From assembly GCF_009914755.1 (NCBI RefSeq), contig NC_060937.1: a DNA stretch of 64,000 nt. One strand, 5' to 3'. Within the stretch, counting starts at the first letter, position 1. The number at the start of each line of letters is the position of its first letter. The translations under genes were made by a program, and so were the position numbers. Below are positions 25,600-39,043 of this stretch, piece after piece. Origin of the DNA: the human T2T-CHM13v2.0 reference genome, Homo sapiens. The notes beneath the pieces are model-generated. The model made no database searches. It was not told the origin of the DNA and saw nothing but the letters and a program-made list of their open reading frames with translations.

Positions 25600-26634
25600 A
25601 GGTCCTATGAGATTTATGCTTTAAGTAAGTTCTATTTTGGTGTATTTCAAGGATTTGTTTCAATATTTAGAGCTCCTTTTAGCAGTTCTTACAGTGCTGG
25701 GTTGGTAGTGGTGAATTCTTTCATCATTTGTTTGTCTGAAAAAGACTATATCTTTCCTTTACTTATGAGACTTAGTTTCACTGGATACAAAATTCTCGGC
25801 TGGTAATTGCTTTGTTTGAGGAGACTAAAAATAGGGCCCCAATCCCTTCTAGCTTGCAGGGTTTCTGCTAAGAAATTTGTTAATCTGATAGGTCTTCCTT
25901 TTTAGGTTACCTGGTGCTTTTGCCTCACAGCTCTTAAAATTCTTTCCTTTGTCTTGACCTTAGATAACCCAATGACTATGTGCCTAGATGATTATCTTTT
26001 TGCAATGAATTTCCCAGGTGTTCTTTGAGCTTCTTGTACTTGGATGTCTAGATCTCTAGCAAGGCTGGGGAAGTTTTTCTCAATTATTCCCTCAAATACG
26101 TTTTCCAAACTTTTAGATTTCTCTTCTTCCTCCGGAACACCAATTATTCTTAGGCTTAGTCATTTAACATAATCCCAAACATCCTGGAGGCTTTGTTCTT
26201 TTTCTTTTTCTTTTTTTTTCTTTTTCATTTGTCTTTGTTGGATTGGGTTAATTTGAAAGCCTCATCTTCGAGTTCCGAAATTCTCTCTTCCAACTGTACC
26301 ATTCTATTGCTGAGACTTTCCAGTGTATTTTGCATTTCTGTAAGTATGTCCTTCATTTTCAGAAGTTGTGATTGTTTTTTATTTACTCTATTTTTCTGGA
26401 GACTTTTCTGTCCATATCCTGTAACACTTTTTAAATTTCTTTAAGTTGATATTCACCTTTCTCTGGTGCCTCCTTGAGTAGCTTAATAATCAACCTTCTG
26501 AATTCTTTTTCCGGCAATTCAGAGATTTCTTCTTGGTTTGGATCCATTGCTGATAAGCTAGTGTGATCTTTTGGAGGTGTTAAAGAACCTTGTTTTGTCA
26601 TATTACCAGAATGGGTTTTCTGGTTCCCTCTCAT
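25600..26634 (-). pseudogene. Disrupted L1 ORF1
   Basis: ORF 26431-26634: MRGNQKTHSGNMTKQGSLTPPKDHTS...ELPEKEFRRLIIKLLKE. Confidence 0.88.
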
Positions 26635-26962
26635 TTGAATAGACTATGTCAGAGGGAAGATCTGGGGCTCAGGGGCTGCTGTTCAGATTCTTTTGTCCCA
26701 GGGGGTGCTCCCTTGATGTGGTGCTCTCCCCCTTCCCCTAGAGATGTGGCTTCCTGAGAGCCAAACTATAGTGATTGTTATTTCTCTTCTGGATCTAGCC
26801 ACCCAGTGGAGCTACTGGGCTCTGGGCTGGTACTGGGGAGTGTCTGCAAAGAGTCCTGTGATGTGAATCTTCTTCAGGTCTCTCAGCTGTGGATACCAGC
26901 ACCCGCTCTGGTGGAGGTAGTAGGGGAATGAAGTCCAATGTGCTTCTTATATTAATGTTTAA

Positions 26963-27364
<402 letters not shown>

Positions 27365-29147
27365 TAACAACTTGCTTAAACCTTCAGTTTTGTCCTATCA
27401 TTCTTTTAACTTAAGACAACCTTTAAAACCTCTAAACTAGACAAAATTACTTTCCCTTTAACAAAAATCATATGTCCATGCCTTCTTATAATCTTTTACC
27501 AAAACACATTTTACTGACCTTACAAACCTTGCATGTAAAACTGTTTCTCCAGTAGTCCCAATTACATATGTTACAAGGTTAACTCTTAGCAAATTTTATT
27601 TTTGGTGAAGAACCTGATAAGTAAGCAATTTTAACCATGTATCAGATTACAGAGCCCAGGACAAGCACAGAACTGCAGACAATGTCTGACTTTTCCCAGC
27701 ACAGCCAGGGGGCATGGCTAACTCCACATGCCCCCAGGCCTTACCTAGAATCTAATGGTTGTAAAATAGACAGGTCAAATAATTATCAAAAAGTCATAGA
27801 AGCAGTTTTTGACCTTAAAACATCTACCAAAGACAGTATGTGACCTGCCTAATTCATACCAAGTCTCCAAATTCTGAAGATGCTTTTATTTTATCAATAA
27901 TGTTTAAAACTGTCTTTATTTACCAGAGATTACTAAAGCCATGTGCACTAAAAGGTACTCAAGTTTTTATGTTTCTAACAAAATATTTCACTGAAGTGCT
28001 TATTCTTCTTTAAGCCAATTAATTAGAGCTCTTTCATATACTTTGATAGTGAAACATCACACATACAACACATAGAAATATACAGACAGAAGCAGATCTG
28101 GTAGGGTAGTAAGATTCTTCATTTGCCAGTTTCTAATTTTCTCTTTCCCATGTTAGACCATCAGTCTCTTAATTACTTATTCCTGCCCTAAACAATCATC
28201 AGCAAGGCAACTCTAAAGGGACAACTCAGGTGAAACAAAATAGGGAATTCATACTTTACTCAAACCAAGGAAAAACATGTAAGAAAAAATTCAGTTAAAA
28301 CAGCCAGGAAAAGCAGACAACCTTACATGTGGTGATTTCCTTAGAGATGTGAATTTTTTAATTGAATTGCTAGCTTTAGGGTGGTGCTCTTTAAGGAGTA
28401 GGGCCAAGAAAGCATGTCATCTCTAGGGTCTAAGAGGCAGGCACAGCTGAAAGCAAAACAGATCACTAAGAATCAACAGATCCCATTTTCACAGCGAATC
28501 CTGGGTCCCCAACAAAAGAGAAACACCGTGGGCCAAGACAGTGCAATGCTTCCACTGTGTATCTCATTGTAAGGGCATTTTCCTGAGGCTATGGGGCAGC
28601 CCAGTGCCTATCAGCTCACTCTGTAATCAGGCCACCCTCCCATTTCATACCTTCTAGGTGTCCAAGAGCATGCTTTTCTCATCTGAAACAGACAAAGGGG
28701 TATCACCTGAAGTAATGACCACTCACTGTCAGCAACTGCCATTAGCCATGCTTAAAAGTGTATTTCCTACCCAGCAATTACACACCAAGGCTAAGAGTTC
28801 TCTCATGATGCAAAGTCACTTCTGATGCTCCCAAAAGTCAAAAATATCAGGTAACTCAATGAGAGCAGAGCCTTAGATTTTGAGAGGGATCTGTCTGTCC
28901 ACTTACAAATCCTGGGGTTCCATGAGGAAAACAGAGATTTTTCCCAAAGCAGGATCTGCGGTGCTTCCTCTGTTTCTCCCAAGGAGTCCTAGGCTGTCAG
29001 AAACCACCTCAGGTCCTCTCATGTGGACAACCAGTGTGGGAAGTGGACAGACAAAAATAAGTGGAGGCACAATTCAGTCAACTGAGAGAAAAAAACTTTT
29101 TCACGAAAAAACAAGATCCAAGAAGAGAAAAAGCATAAGGGTCTTAA

Positions 29148-29149
<2 letters not shown>

Positions 29150-29180
<31 letters not shown>

Positions 29181-29231
29181 TGTATGTATGTGTATATGTA
29201 TTTATGTGTGTGTATATACATATGTATATAT
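29150..29231. repeat. (TATG)n microsatellite
   Basis: Direct read. Confidence 0.92.
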
Positions 29232-29294
29232 TTTTAAAAGCTTGAATATCTACTTTTAATTAAGCTGACTTTTAATGATAGAACTCTTTTTTTA

Positions 29295-29633
<339 letters not shown>

Positions 29634-29920
29634 CTAGCCAGTATGAACAGCTGACACCTCTGGCTTTTAAGCATTTTTCTCCCCCAGAGGTATTTCCCCA
29701 AGTGAAACCAATAAGCCTTAACTAAGGTTATGACTTAACCAAGGATGCGTGAGATATCTCCAAAGAGATGGCAAGCAGTTTTTACAAGATCTAGAATTGC
29801 CCGAGGGCTGGCTCAGAGAAAGGACAATTCAAGACAGGAAATCTGAAACAGTCCATGGAGGAGAAGAGACCCAATAAATGGCAAAAGTCCCACAAGTATC
29901 AACCCAGAAAGGACTCAGTC

Positions 29921-29989
29921 CTTATACCAGGAATTGAACCCAGGCTGCCACTGCAAAAGCTCAACACCTTTAGCTACTGAGCTACAGCA
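29921..29989 (-). other. tRNA-Glu-like relic (A and B boxes) embedded in the ERV internal region; not a functional tRNA
   Basis: Minus strand TAGCTCAGTAGC...GCCTGGGTTCAATTCCTGGT; adjacent partial copy has a CTTTCAC anticodon loop. Confidence 0.6.
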
Positions 29990-30209
29990 CGAGGCAGTTA
30001 CCATTGTGAAAGGGCAATACCTTACCTACTGAGAGACAGCACAGGACAGTCACCATTATTCTTCCAAGAAGGAGCCTGGAGCAGTCATTTTTGAGTTTGT
30101 GAAGGATTTTCACTGCTTAAGAGAGTTTTCTAAGGCTAGCCATGACATTATGCGTCCTTCTTTTAATTTAAACCTTTTTTCAATTGTTGAAAATAAGAGA
30201 TCTCCAAGA

Positions 30210-30233
30210 TTATTATTATTATTATTATTATTA
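30210..30233. repeat. (TTA)n microsatellite
   Basis: Direct read. Confidence 0.9.
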
Positions 30234-31932
30234 CAATGATGTACTCAGTTCGAACAGCAACTCAATTCAAAAGCCATTTTAAAGCCCCAGTGATAACTTT
30301 CTAGGCTTTTAGCATTTAAGCAAGAGGCATTTAGAGAGAAAGGATAGAAGGGGCATCCCCATGATCTCCAAAAATTCTTTGTCAAAAATGGGCTTAAAGT
30401 AACAAACGATGACAAAAAGCCTAGTAGGGATGGTACTTTTTAAGACAAAACTCACCCAAGGGCTTGACACATTTGGGATGAAGAGTATGCTGCCTCATCT
30501 CAGACTCCCGGTCCTTTCAGACCAGCTGCCTGGCATAAACCTGAAAATTCCTGCCCTCCAGATGGCAGAGACCAAGAGAGTGTACCCCCACATGGTTGCA
30601 AGGTCAAGCTCCCAAGGACATAAAACAAGAGGGAACCCTCATCTGGTTTTGGTTTAAGGGACCCACAGTAAAGTTTGTAGCTGACCATTCTGAAGAGCCA
30701 GATCAAACAGCAGTCTTTTAGGGTCCCAGGACCATGTTCTATCCTATTGTACCCTTCTTCATGACAGAACAACACAGAAAGACAAACTCATAGCACAAAG
30801 TACCACAGATTTGCTGCAGCCTAAGACACGTCTTACAAATCCTTTTTCCTGTTTATCAAAACAAAATTTGCAGAGGAGACAAACAGTGATTTTTACCATT
30901 CACTCAACGAGTTTGCCCAGAGAGAGAGAGAGGCCAGACACCTAGATGGTAAGAAATTCTTACCCTTTTACCAACTTGCCAGGTTTCTGGGTTTCCTCTC
31001 TCTGCATGGCTTCCAGAAGAATAGATTGGCTTTTAATGGCACCGTAGCTGCAGCAGCCAAGCTGCATTATGAAAGAAAATCATCCTTTTCTGTTTTATGG
31101 AACCATAGGCAAAACCTCTCAGTTTTGTGAGATGGAGTCCAACAGACTGCATGAGGCAACCGAATTAACACTTCTCATTCTGATAGGAGCAAAATACACA
31201 CAACAAAACACAGACACTAGTCACCATGTTTATCACCCAAGTATCCACCTGGCAAGGCTCAAACTTGCCCCTGTTGGCCCCTGTCATCTTTGATCCACTC
31301 AAAATTGGGTTGGGATGACCTCCAACCAGGAGCTTCAATGGGTGGTCTCCAGGAAGATGGAAGAGTAGACAGTCACCTTGAGGGCCCACTGAATGTGACT
31401 GTCCAGACAAACTAGGGGAGGCTGCTGGACTTCCATCAGTAATTCCTTCAGGGAATCCTCTCCATACGTACAAACACAAACAATGAGGTAAAGACAAACA
31501 GAAAGGCCTTCCAAACCAAGATTCTAAACCAGTTTCCAGACCAGAAGAGTATTCTTCCAAACTAACCTCCTATTCTCCATCTAATGGGGAGAAATCTCCC
31601 CAAACCAAGACTCTTTCTACTATTTAGGGAGAGGCAGCAGAGATCCCTGAAGGCACAGAATCAATATTCCCAAAAGAGCCAAAGCAATTGGGAGAAGGAA
31701 GTGTTGGTTGCACTTAGAATACTCACCAGATCAGTTTAAAGACGTCTTTCAAGGAATCGTTTCTCCATGCAATTAGTCCTAAGCATTATGGGTTGACAGT
31801 GCCCCATGGTCAGGGGCAGCACCAGGGATGGCCATCAGTTCCAAAGAAAAATAAGTGGCCACCAGAACTCACCTCCAGGTCCGTCATACTGGTGCAGGGC
31901 TGACAACCTGTGGGCAGGCACCTAAAATGGCA

Positions 31933-31953
31933 GATCTTGGATGAGTCCCTGAA
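31933..31953 (-). promoter_or_regulatory. Degenerate tRNA-Pro primer-binding site
   Basis: Minus strand cagggactcatccaagat versus TGGGGGCTCGTCCGGGAT, just after the 5' LTR. Confidence 0.6.
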
Positions 31954-31955
31954 TT

Positions 31956-32662
31956 TGTAATTGCCCAGTGGTTTTTCCTGCCTGCTGCACAGACAAAGCC
32001 AATTCATTGAGACCATAGCGTTGCAGTGAAGAAAGAATTTAACTGATGCAAGGCTGGCCAGCCACACAGGAGGTGGAGTTTTTACTCAAATCAGCCTCCT
32101 ACCCATGGAGGTTAGGGTTTTCAAGGATAGTTTAGTGGGCGGGGGACTAGGGAATGGGTGCTGCTGATTGGTTGGGGATGCCATCATGATGGTGTGGAAA
32201 TGATTCTTGTGCACTGAGATGACTCAGGCCACAGGACCAGTTGAGTCATGAGTTGCAGGTCTGGGTGGAGTCAGCCAATCATCAGAAATGCAAAAGTCTG
32301 AAAAGATATCACAAAAGACCAACCTTAGGTTCCACAATAGTGATGTTATTCACCAGATTAATTGAGGAAGTTACAAAGCTTGTGATCTGCAGAACTATGG
32401 CTGGTTATCATTTAACTATGCCTACATCTTAGCAGAATTCAGATTTCTCTCATAATCCTAACTTTGTGGACTTTTATTAATTTTACAAAGGTGGTTTAGT
32501 TTTGGAAGGGCTATTAGCATCCTTGCTTTAAGATTAAACTATAAACTAAATTTGTCCAAAAGTTAGCTTTGTCTACACCCAGGAATTACCAAGGACATAT
32601 TAGAGGTTAGAAGCAACCATGCCAGATTTCTCTCACTGTCACATTTTGCAAAGGCAGTTTCA
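31956..32662 (-). mobile_element. MER50 5' LTR
   Basis: TG...CA termini; collinear with 21203-21950. Confidence 0.9.
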
Positions 32663-34151
32663 CTTTTCATCCCCAGTCTCCAGATAGCACCTTTCTTGAC
32701 AATCACCTACCTTTCCTGTCTATAATCCCCTCAGGATCTCACCTCCTTCCTATCAAAGAACAAAGGGCAAGCAGCAGATAGAGACTCCAGCTCACTATTT
32801 GACTATTCTGGTGACCTTACAACAGTCACCAATCCCATAGTCCCAGCTTTCAAAGGTGGTATTATTAACAGCACCCACAGGTATGCCATCATCATTATGT
32901 TAAGAGATGATTCTTCAGAGCTCTTAACATGGAAAATGTGGAAAGGGAGAGGATGACTATTAGCTGCTTGTTAGGCAGATTTATGGTTTGAATTTACATG
33001 CATCAGGTGTACATTAAGCTTAAATCATGTCCAAAGAGTCCAACTCAATCAGTGAAAAATAAGGAAAAGAATTATTTTTCTCCACTATCATTAATAGAAA
33101 AATCCAGGTTCTTCCCCATGCAAAGGGAAGAAAAGACAGTAAAAAAGTGTGAGACAGAGCAAAGTCAGAGATCTCCATTTCAAAGGGCACTTTGACCTGT
33201 ACACCTTGAGGTTTCCCATCCACTTTACAGGATTCAATTCATTTTGCCACTCCCTTTGCTCCTCCGTGAATTTCCCTCAGCACAGGTGGTTTCATGAAAG
33301 CCAACCAAGAAAAGGTGTGGAAAGGAAAAACCAGAAGACACAGTGCTTCCTCGACCCCTTGATCAGCTCCACCTTCCCATATGGAGCCTCTTTGCAGGGT
33401 CAGTCACAGTAGTCAAGAATCCTGATTTTCCTGACTTTTGCTCATCTCTAAGATTGTCTATAACCTTTGCCAAACAGTATTTAGGACAACTGTAGACACC
33501 TTTAAGGTCAACCTGTTCCTCAATGTCACTTTTTTTTTTTTTTACATTCTAAACCAATCTAGAGAGAAAACCACATATTGATAGTAAAGAAAAGAAGGTT
33601 AAAATATATTCTCAGGAAATTGCAGTATCTGCATATCAAATAACACTGTAAAAGTGTTGCTAGCTTGTCCTGAAACAAGGAGTTACCTGACTACTAAAGA
33701 TAAGAAGTATCACCCCAATGGCACCATAGAAAAAATTAGTTCCGTTATCTCTCCCATCTCCTGCAGACCCTCCCAAATGGTCCCCTTCATGAGTCCAAAC
33801 CCAAGCTCAATGGTGTGGACAACCACTTACTCAGCAGACATCCAGCAGCCCCACAAGAACAGTTTTAGGGGATGATGAGGAAAACAACCCCTAACATTTG
33901 CACTTTGTGCCCCAACACCAGTGAAGACCACCCCTCCCCCACACTACCACTGCCCCACTTCCCCACAGCCTGAACTTACAGGCCATTTCTCTGCTTTCCC
34001 TGAAGATACCTGCACTAGGAGTTTGGAGGCTCACATTTAAAACTTAATCTCAACATTTTAGCTAGAAGCTCCATAAAATGAAATAAATCCACACATACAG
34101 GCAATGAAAATGATGGCACAGAAATGTCACTTACCAAATGACACTTGCATA

Positions 34152-34270
34152 TGAGTGGAAAGGCTTGGATCCAAAGTCATAGGTCTAACCCTGACCACTT
34201 AGAGAATGTGACTTTGGGCCAGCCACTTAACATCTCTGAATCCATTTCCCTGAGTTAAAATGAGGTTATG
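34152..34270 (+). mobile_element. MIR fragment
   Basis: tgtgactttgggccagccacttaacatctctgaatccatttcc. Confidence 0.6.
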
Positions 34271-35784
34271 TAAACAGCAGTGTTCTATACACTTAAGCAT
34301 CAGGCAAATTAAAGAGATTTTTATAAAAATAGGCCAGTTAAAGAACCGGGTCATTGGGCCTATATCTCCATATAATATATGAGCACTGTTTGTCATTTCC
34401 ATCTAACTGCTTGAGACATTCTTCACTTCATCCATGTCTCCATCTTTCCATTCAATTGCTTCCACATAGTAGGTGCAGCCCTTTGGACCAAACCACTGGA
34501 GCATTTTGATGTTGTCTATAACTTCTGTATACACAGGCATATATAGTGGCCTTCAAAGGGAAGGAAAGAGAATGATTACTTTTTTAGATAAAACAATGTA
34601 AAATATGCAAAGTTATGATAAGCTACACACTCTCTGAAGACACCAACAACCTTAAGAGATACCCTGAGAGCTCAATTAATCTTTTTTCAAGCCCGGTTCC
34701 ATCCGCACTATATTAACATGTTAAAACCCCTCACAAGCACCTTTTTTGTGAGAGAGCAAGTGTCATTCTGTCCCCTGAGCTGGCTGTAAATTCCTACCAT
34801 TTCTGCTTCCCCAGTTAAAGACCTCTTTAAAGGAAGAAGACAATTTTCTACAGAGACGCTGAAAACATGCATCTGGGCTCAGACTGGCCAACCCTGGTTG
34901 TGGGGATGCTGGGGGATGGAGAAAAAAAGACTGCTGATGAGCAGAATCTCAGCCCTTGGCCCAGAAGAGTAAGCGGCCTGAGGCACCCCCACTGCCTGGG
35001 GCCTAGACCAAATCTCCCAGAAAGAGGTTTGGAAGCACCCCCAGCAGTAGAGGAGAGCTCTTTCTATCTACTGGCAGACAAAGCCCGGCTCAAGGCCCTG
35101 GCTTAAGCTTGGACAGAGCGTGCAGTCTGGAGCAGTAGGAGGTAGATGTAGGTTAATACCTTGATGCTCACACTGACCTCTGGTTTTACTTTAATCTTTC
35201 CATTTTTAATGGCAAAAAGGTTTTAGGTATCTGAGCAATCTCAGTCTGGCATGTTTGCTAACTGTGATAACAAAGTGCAAATGAATTTAGAGAAGCGAAG
35301 TTCCAGGAGATGGAAAACCAGGCAGGAAGCTGAGGAAAGATTTCAGGAAAGAGGCAAATTGAGTGCCTGAGCCAAAGGAAGTGCAGAGGGATTGCCCCAA
35401 AGTGAAATATCAGTGCTAAATCTTCAACAAGATTAGGAAACAGAGACCAACGAGGACTCCCAAGGAAGCCTCCTGAGAGTTCACAAGAATATGTCACTTT
35501 CCTAATGTTTTGTTCATATGTTAGCTCCTAAAAAATTACAAAATGATGTGCAACAGTTTTAATGTTGGAGTCATACAATTTTAATGAAATCAAGACTCAC
35601 ATATATGAAAAATATGGAAGTTACTACTGATCCCAATGATTATTTCCATTAATAAGAAAATATCTTGAAAGGAAAAATGGTAGTGATTTTTAAATAAATC
35701 TTTTGAACTAATAGGAATTTATAGTTACTAAGAATTAATACCACTAGTAATTTAATTTGAATATTTTTAATATACATATGGATT

Positions 35785-36400
35785 ATACTACAAGAATGTT
35801 CACAGTAGCCTTATTTTTTAAATTTATTTATTTATATTTTTAATTAACAAATAAGAATTGTATGTATCTATGGCATAAAACATGATGTTTTGGAACATGT
35901 ACACATTGTGGAACGGCTAAATCAAGCTAATTAACATAGGCACCACCTCATACACTTATCAGTTATTTGCATAATAGCATTATTTCTAATTTCAAAATTT
36001 GGAAACAGTTGTCCAAAACAAAAAGGATTAGCTGAGCAAATTGTAGCATATCCATATGGTGGAATACTTTTTACAAACTGAAAATAATGTTATAGAAATG
36101 TATTTATATTTAAATGGAAAGGCATTTACACTCCACTGTTGAGTGAAAAAAAAATCAAGTTACAAAATACTATGCATTGTATGAGTTCATTACTGCTTAA
36201 AAGGAAAGGATGTCATACAAAAAAAAAAAAAAAACCTAGAAGGAACTGTACCAAAATGTTAACAAGGGCAATCATAGGTTGAGGAATACAAGTAATTAAT
36301 ATTTTCTTCTGTTTCCTTCTCAGCATTTTCTGTTGTTGCTTTTTTTCCCTAAAATAAACATGTATTACATGTGTATTACATGACACTGTTACCTTTTTAA
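35785..36400 (+). mobile_element. Ancient L1ME 3' fragment, interrupted
   Basis: tacaagaatgttcacagtagc...aaattgtagcatatccatatggtggaatac...gttgagtgaaaaaa. Confidence 0.65.
35815..35970 (-). mobile_element. L1MA (about 8/9) 3' end nested in L1ME
   Basis: tacacattgtggaacggctaaatcaagctaattaacata; TSD-like tagc(c/a)ttattt. Confidence 0.8.
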
Positions 36401-36569
36401 AGCACGTGCCTGTGGTATTACAAATATGAATGTGAGATTTTAGGAATAAGACAATGAGCACCTGACTTAAAGGTGAGGCAGAGAAGGGGACTGACCCAGT
36501 AGGAATCTGTCCTGATGGCCACACAGTCACAGAACTCATTCAGCAAATGGCCCAGAGCACAGGCTGTGG

Positions 36570-36752
36570 ATCTCAGCTCAGCCACTTGTGATCCAGGCCA
36601 AGTGACTTCATCTCTTTCCAGTTTCCTCATCTGTAAAATGGCTGCCTCACCACATTGTCAGAAAGCTAAATGAGTTGATACAGTGTATGTAAAGTTCCTC
36701 AGCTTAAAATAAAGTCTGGCACATGCTAAGCTTTATATGTGCTTGCTTATTT
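36570..36752 (+). mobile_element. MIR
   Basis: cagtttcctcatctgtaaaatgg core; tctggcacat tail. Confidence 0.8.
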
Positions 36753-37593
36753 AAAAAATATTTTCTTTCGAAGATTCCTGAGATAACTAGGTGAAAAAAA
36801 AATTACTTATTATCCCACCCCCTTAGGGTTGAGTCAGCTGGGTAGAGAGAAGGCTGGCGCTGGTTTCTTTTCAAACACAGTTCATCATCTTAATTTCTTT
36901 AAAAAAAAAATTAAAGAAAAAAACCAATTCACTTCCTTTCCTCCTCCCCATAAAAGCTCTTTGGGAAGTTTTGCTTTATTGCTAATGCTTTTCTTTATAA
37001 CTGGATGATCAATTCAGCTGGGATTAATTGAGCATGAAGCTGGCAGCATCTGTGGAGCCATTTATCAGAGAGAAGGAGCCAGCTCACACTGAAGCCCACC
37101 AGCTATCATTATCCGCGCCAGCTCCAGCAGCCTCAGGCACACCTGAGCCTCAGGTGGCTAGCGACATGCTCACCGAGTGTGCGACAACCAAGGGTGGGAC
37201 CTCCTGCACTCTCCCCTCCCCAGCAGAAAGGCTGTCTGGCTGCAAATGATCCTCACAAGCCCAAAATGCTATATTTACTCCAATGCCATGCGGGCATCTT
37301 GCTGTAACACTGTTTTTAAAAAAAAAAAAAAAAAAAGAAAAGAAAACATTAATTTAATTTAGAGTGAATATGACCTGGATTCTATCCAATGGAATTTTGT
37401 TAATAAAGTACCAAAAAATATCTTTTTATGAAGCAATATCCAGCATGGCCCCTGCAAGCATACATTAGAAAGATTTTGGCATAAAATTCCCACTGTATGT
37501 GTATTTGCCAGAAGTATAGGTTGTGTTTGCTTACCAATAACCATGTGTAATATGTGAACATAGACAGTTGATGAGCATTGTGTACATGATAAG

Positions 37594-37840
37594 GATAATA
37601 ACGAGAACTGATATCGTCCAGGACTTATGTGTCAGGCGATCTTATAGGCACTTTACAGCTACTACCTCATTTAATCCTCACAGCCTAGGATGTATGAATT
37701 CCCTCCCTAATTTGATGAGGGAACTGAGCAGAGAGAGGTTAAGTAGCTTGCCCACAGTTACACAGCAAGTCTAGCATAAGCTGGCATTCCAACCAGGCAG
37801 AGCGGCTCCATACCCCATATACTCTGTACACCACCAACCA
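37594..37840 (-). mobile_element. MIR
   Basis: ctcatttaatcctcacagc...gatgagggaactgag...agaggttaagtagcttgcccacagttacacagc. Confidence 0.85.
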
Positions 37841-37861
37841 TTCTGTTACTCTGCCTCCCAC

Positions 37862-37886
37862 GTGTGTGTGTGTGTGTGTGTGTGTG
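37862..37886. repeat. (TG)n microsatellite
   Basis: Direct read. Confidence 0.95.
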
Positions 37887-38124
37887 CGCACTCTTCATAC
37901 ACATACATCTGCTATTTGCCTTTCTTCCCTACACAAATCTAGGGCTGCAGGCGGGCTGCAACTGGCTAACACCAGCTTTTAAAGTCTCTGTAGCCAAGGC
38001 TGCTCTTAATCAGCCATAGCCCAGGTGCCATAGCCCTTGCCCATCCTAGGCAGAAAGGAGCGAGAAGAGGCTGTCCTCACTCAAGGCCTGCCCTTCCTTT
38101 CCTTCCACAGAGGGAGAGTCTAAT

Positions 38125-38127
<3 letters not shown>

Positions 38128-38157
<30 letters not shown>
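38128..38157. repeat. (TG)n microsatellite
   Basis: Direct read. Confidence 0.95.
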
Positions 38158-38158
<1 letters not shown>

Positions 38159-38208
38159 TTTAGTTGCTGAACATTAGTACATATAATATTTTAGTTGCTG
38201 AACCCCAC

Positions 38209-38603
38209 CTTGATGGCTAATTTTATGTCAGTTTGGTTGGGCTGTGGGGCCCAACTATCTTGTTAACATTATACTGGATGTTTCTGTGGGGGGATTTTTG
38301 GATGAGACTTACATTTAAATTGGTGGACTTTGAGTAAAGCACATCACCCTCTCTAATGTGGGAGGGCCTCATCTAATCATTTGCAGGCCTGAATAAAACA
38401 AAGGACTGATGAGCAAAAAGGAACTCTGTCAGCAGACGGCCTGCAGACTTGAACCGCAGCATTGGCTGCTTCTGGGCCTTCATCCTGCAGACTTTGGACT
38501 TGCCGGCCTCCGTAATCCTGTGAGTCAGTTCTTCAAAATAAATCTCTTTCTATACATACACACATGCCATTGGTTCTGTCTCTGGAAAACCCTGGCAAAT
38601 ATA
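38209..38603 (+). mobile_element. MLT2D-like ERVL solo LTR
   Basis: tgatggctaattttatgtc...ggatgagacttacatttaaat...ttggttctgtctctggaaaaccctggcaaatata; TSD cccac on both sides. Confidence 0.88.
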
Positions 38604-39012
38604 CCCACACAGGATCAGATAGGCTGGGAGCACACCGGCCTCACTCAGCTGTCACTAGGAGTGGGCGGGGAGCGGGGGTTCTTCTGCTTAGGAAGGATGT
38701 AGGAAGAAGTGACCTTTTAACTCTACAAGTTAAAATGCAGGATTGGGTTATTCCAATGCATGGTATTTCCCTTAGTACAGAGTCTAGCTTCAAGGAATCC
38801 ACCTTTCACCATGTGACCAAGTATAAACATGAGACAGAATATGGAGCTCCAGTCCCAATATTTAAAGGGACAGACGTATGAAGCACAAGGTCTCACATAA
38901 GAAGGAAACCAACGCTGTGACCCAGATCCTGTCACTGGCCTTTTAAACTCTGAATCACAGAACTCACAAAGGGAGGGAGATTCTTATCCCTCCCCAATAA
39001 CATATTTTTCCT

Positions 39013-39043
<31 letters not shown>

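Larger units (their letters stand above)
23975..26934 (-). mobile_element. L1PB (L1PB1-like) with large internal ORF2 deletion
   Basis: L1PB 3' UTR at 23975-24499 joined directly to the ORF2 endonuclease region, then ORF1 and part of the 5' UTR. Confidence 0.92.

Noticed and set aside
29921-29989. Functional tRNA gene
   Set aside because: Acceptor and anticodon stems are degenerate and there is an internal TTTT; kept only as a tRNA-derived relic.
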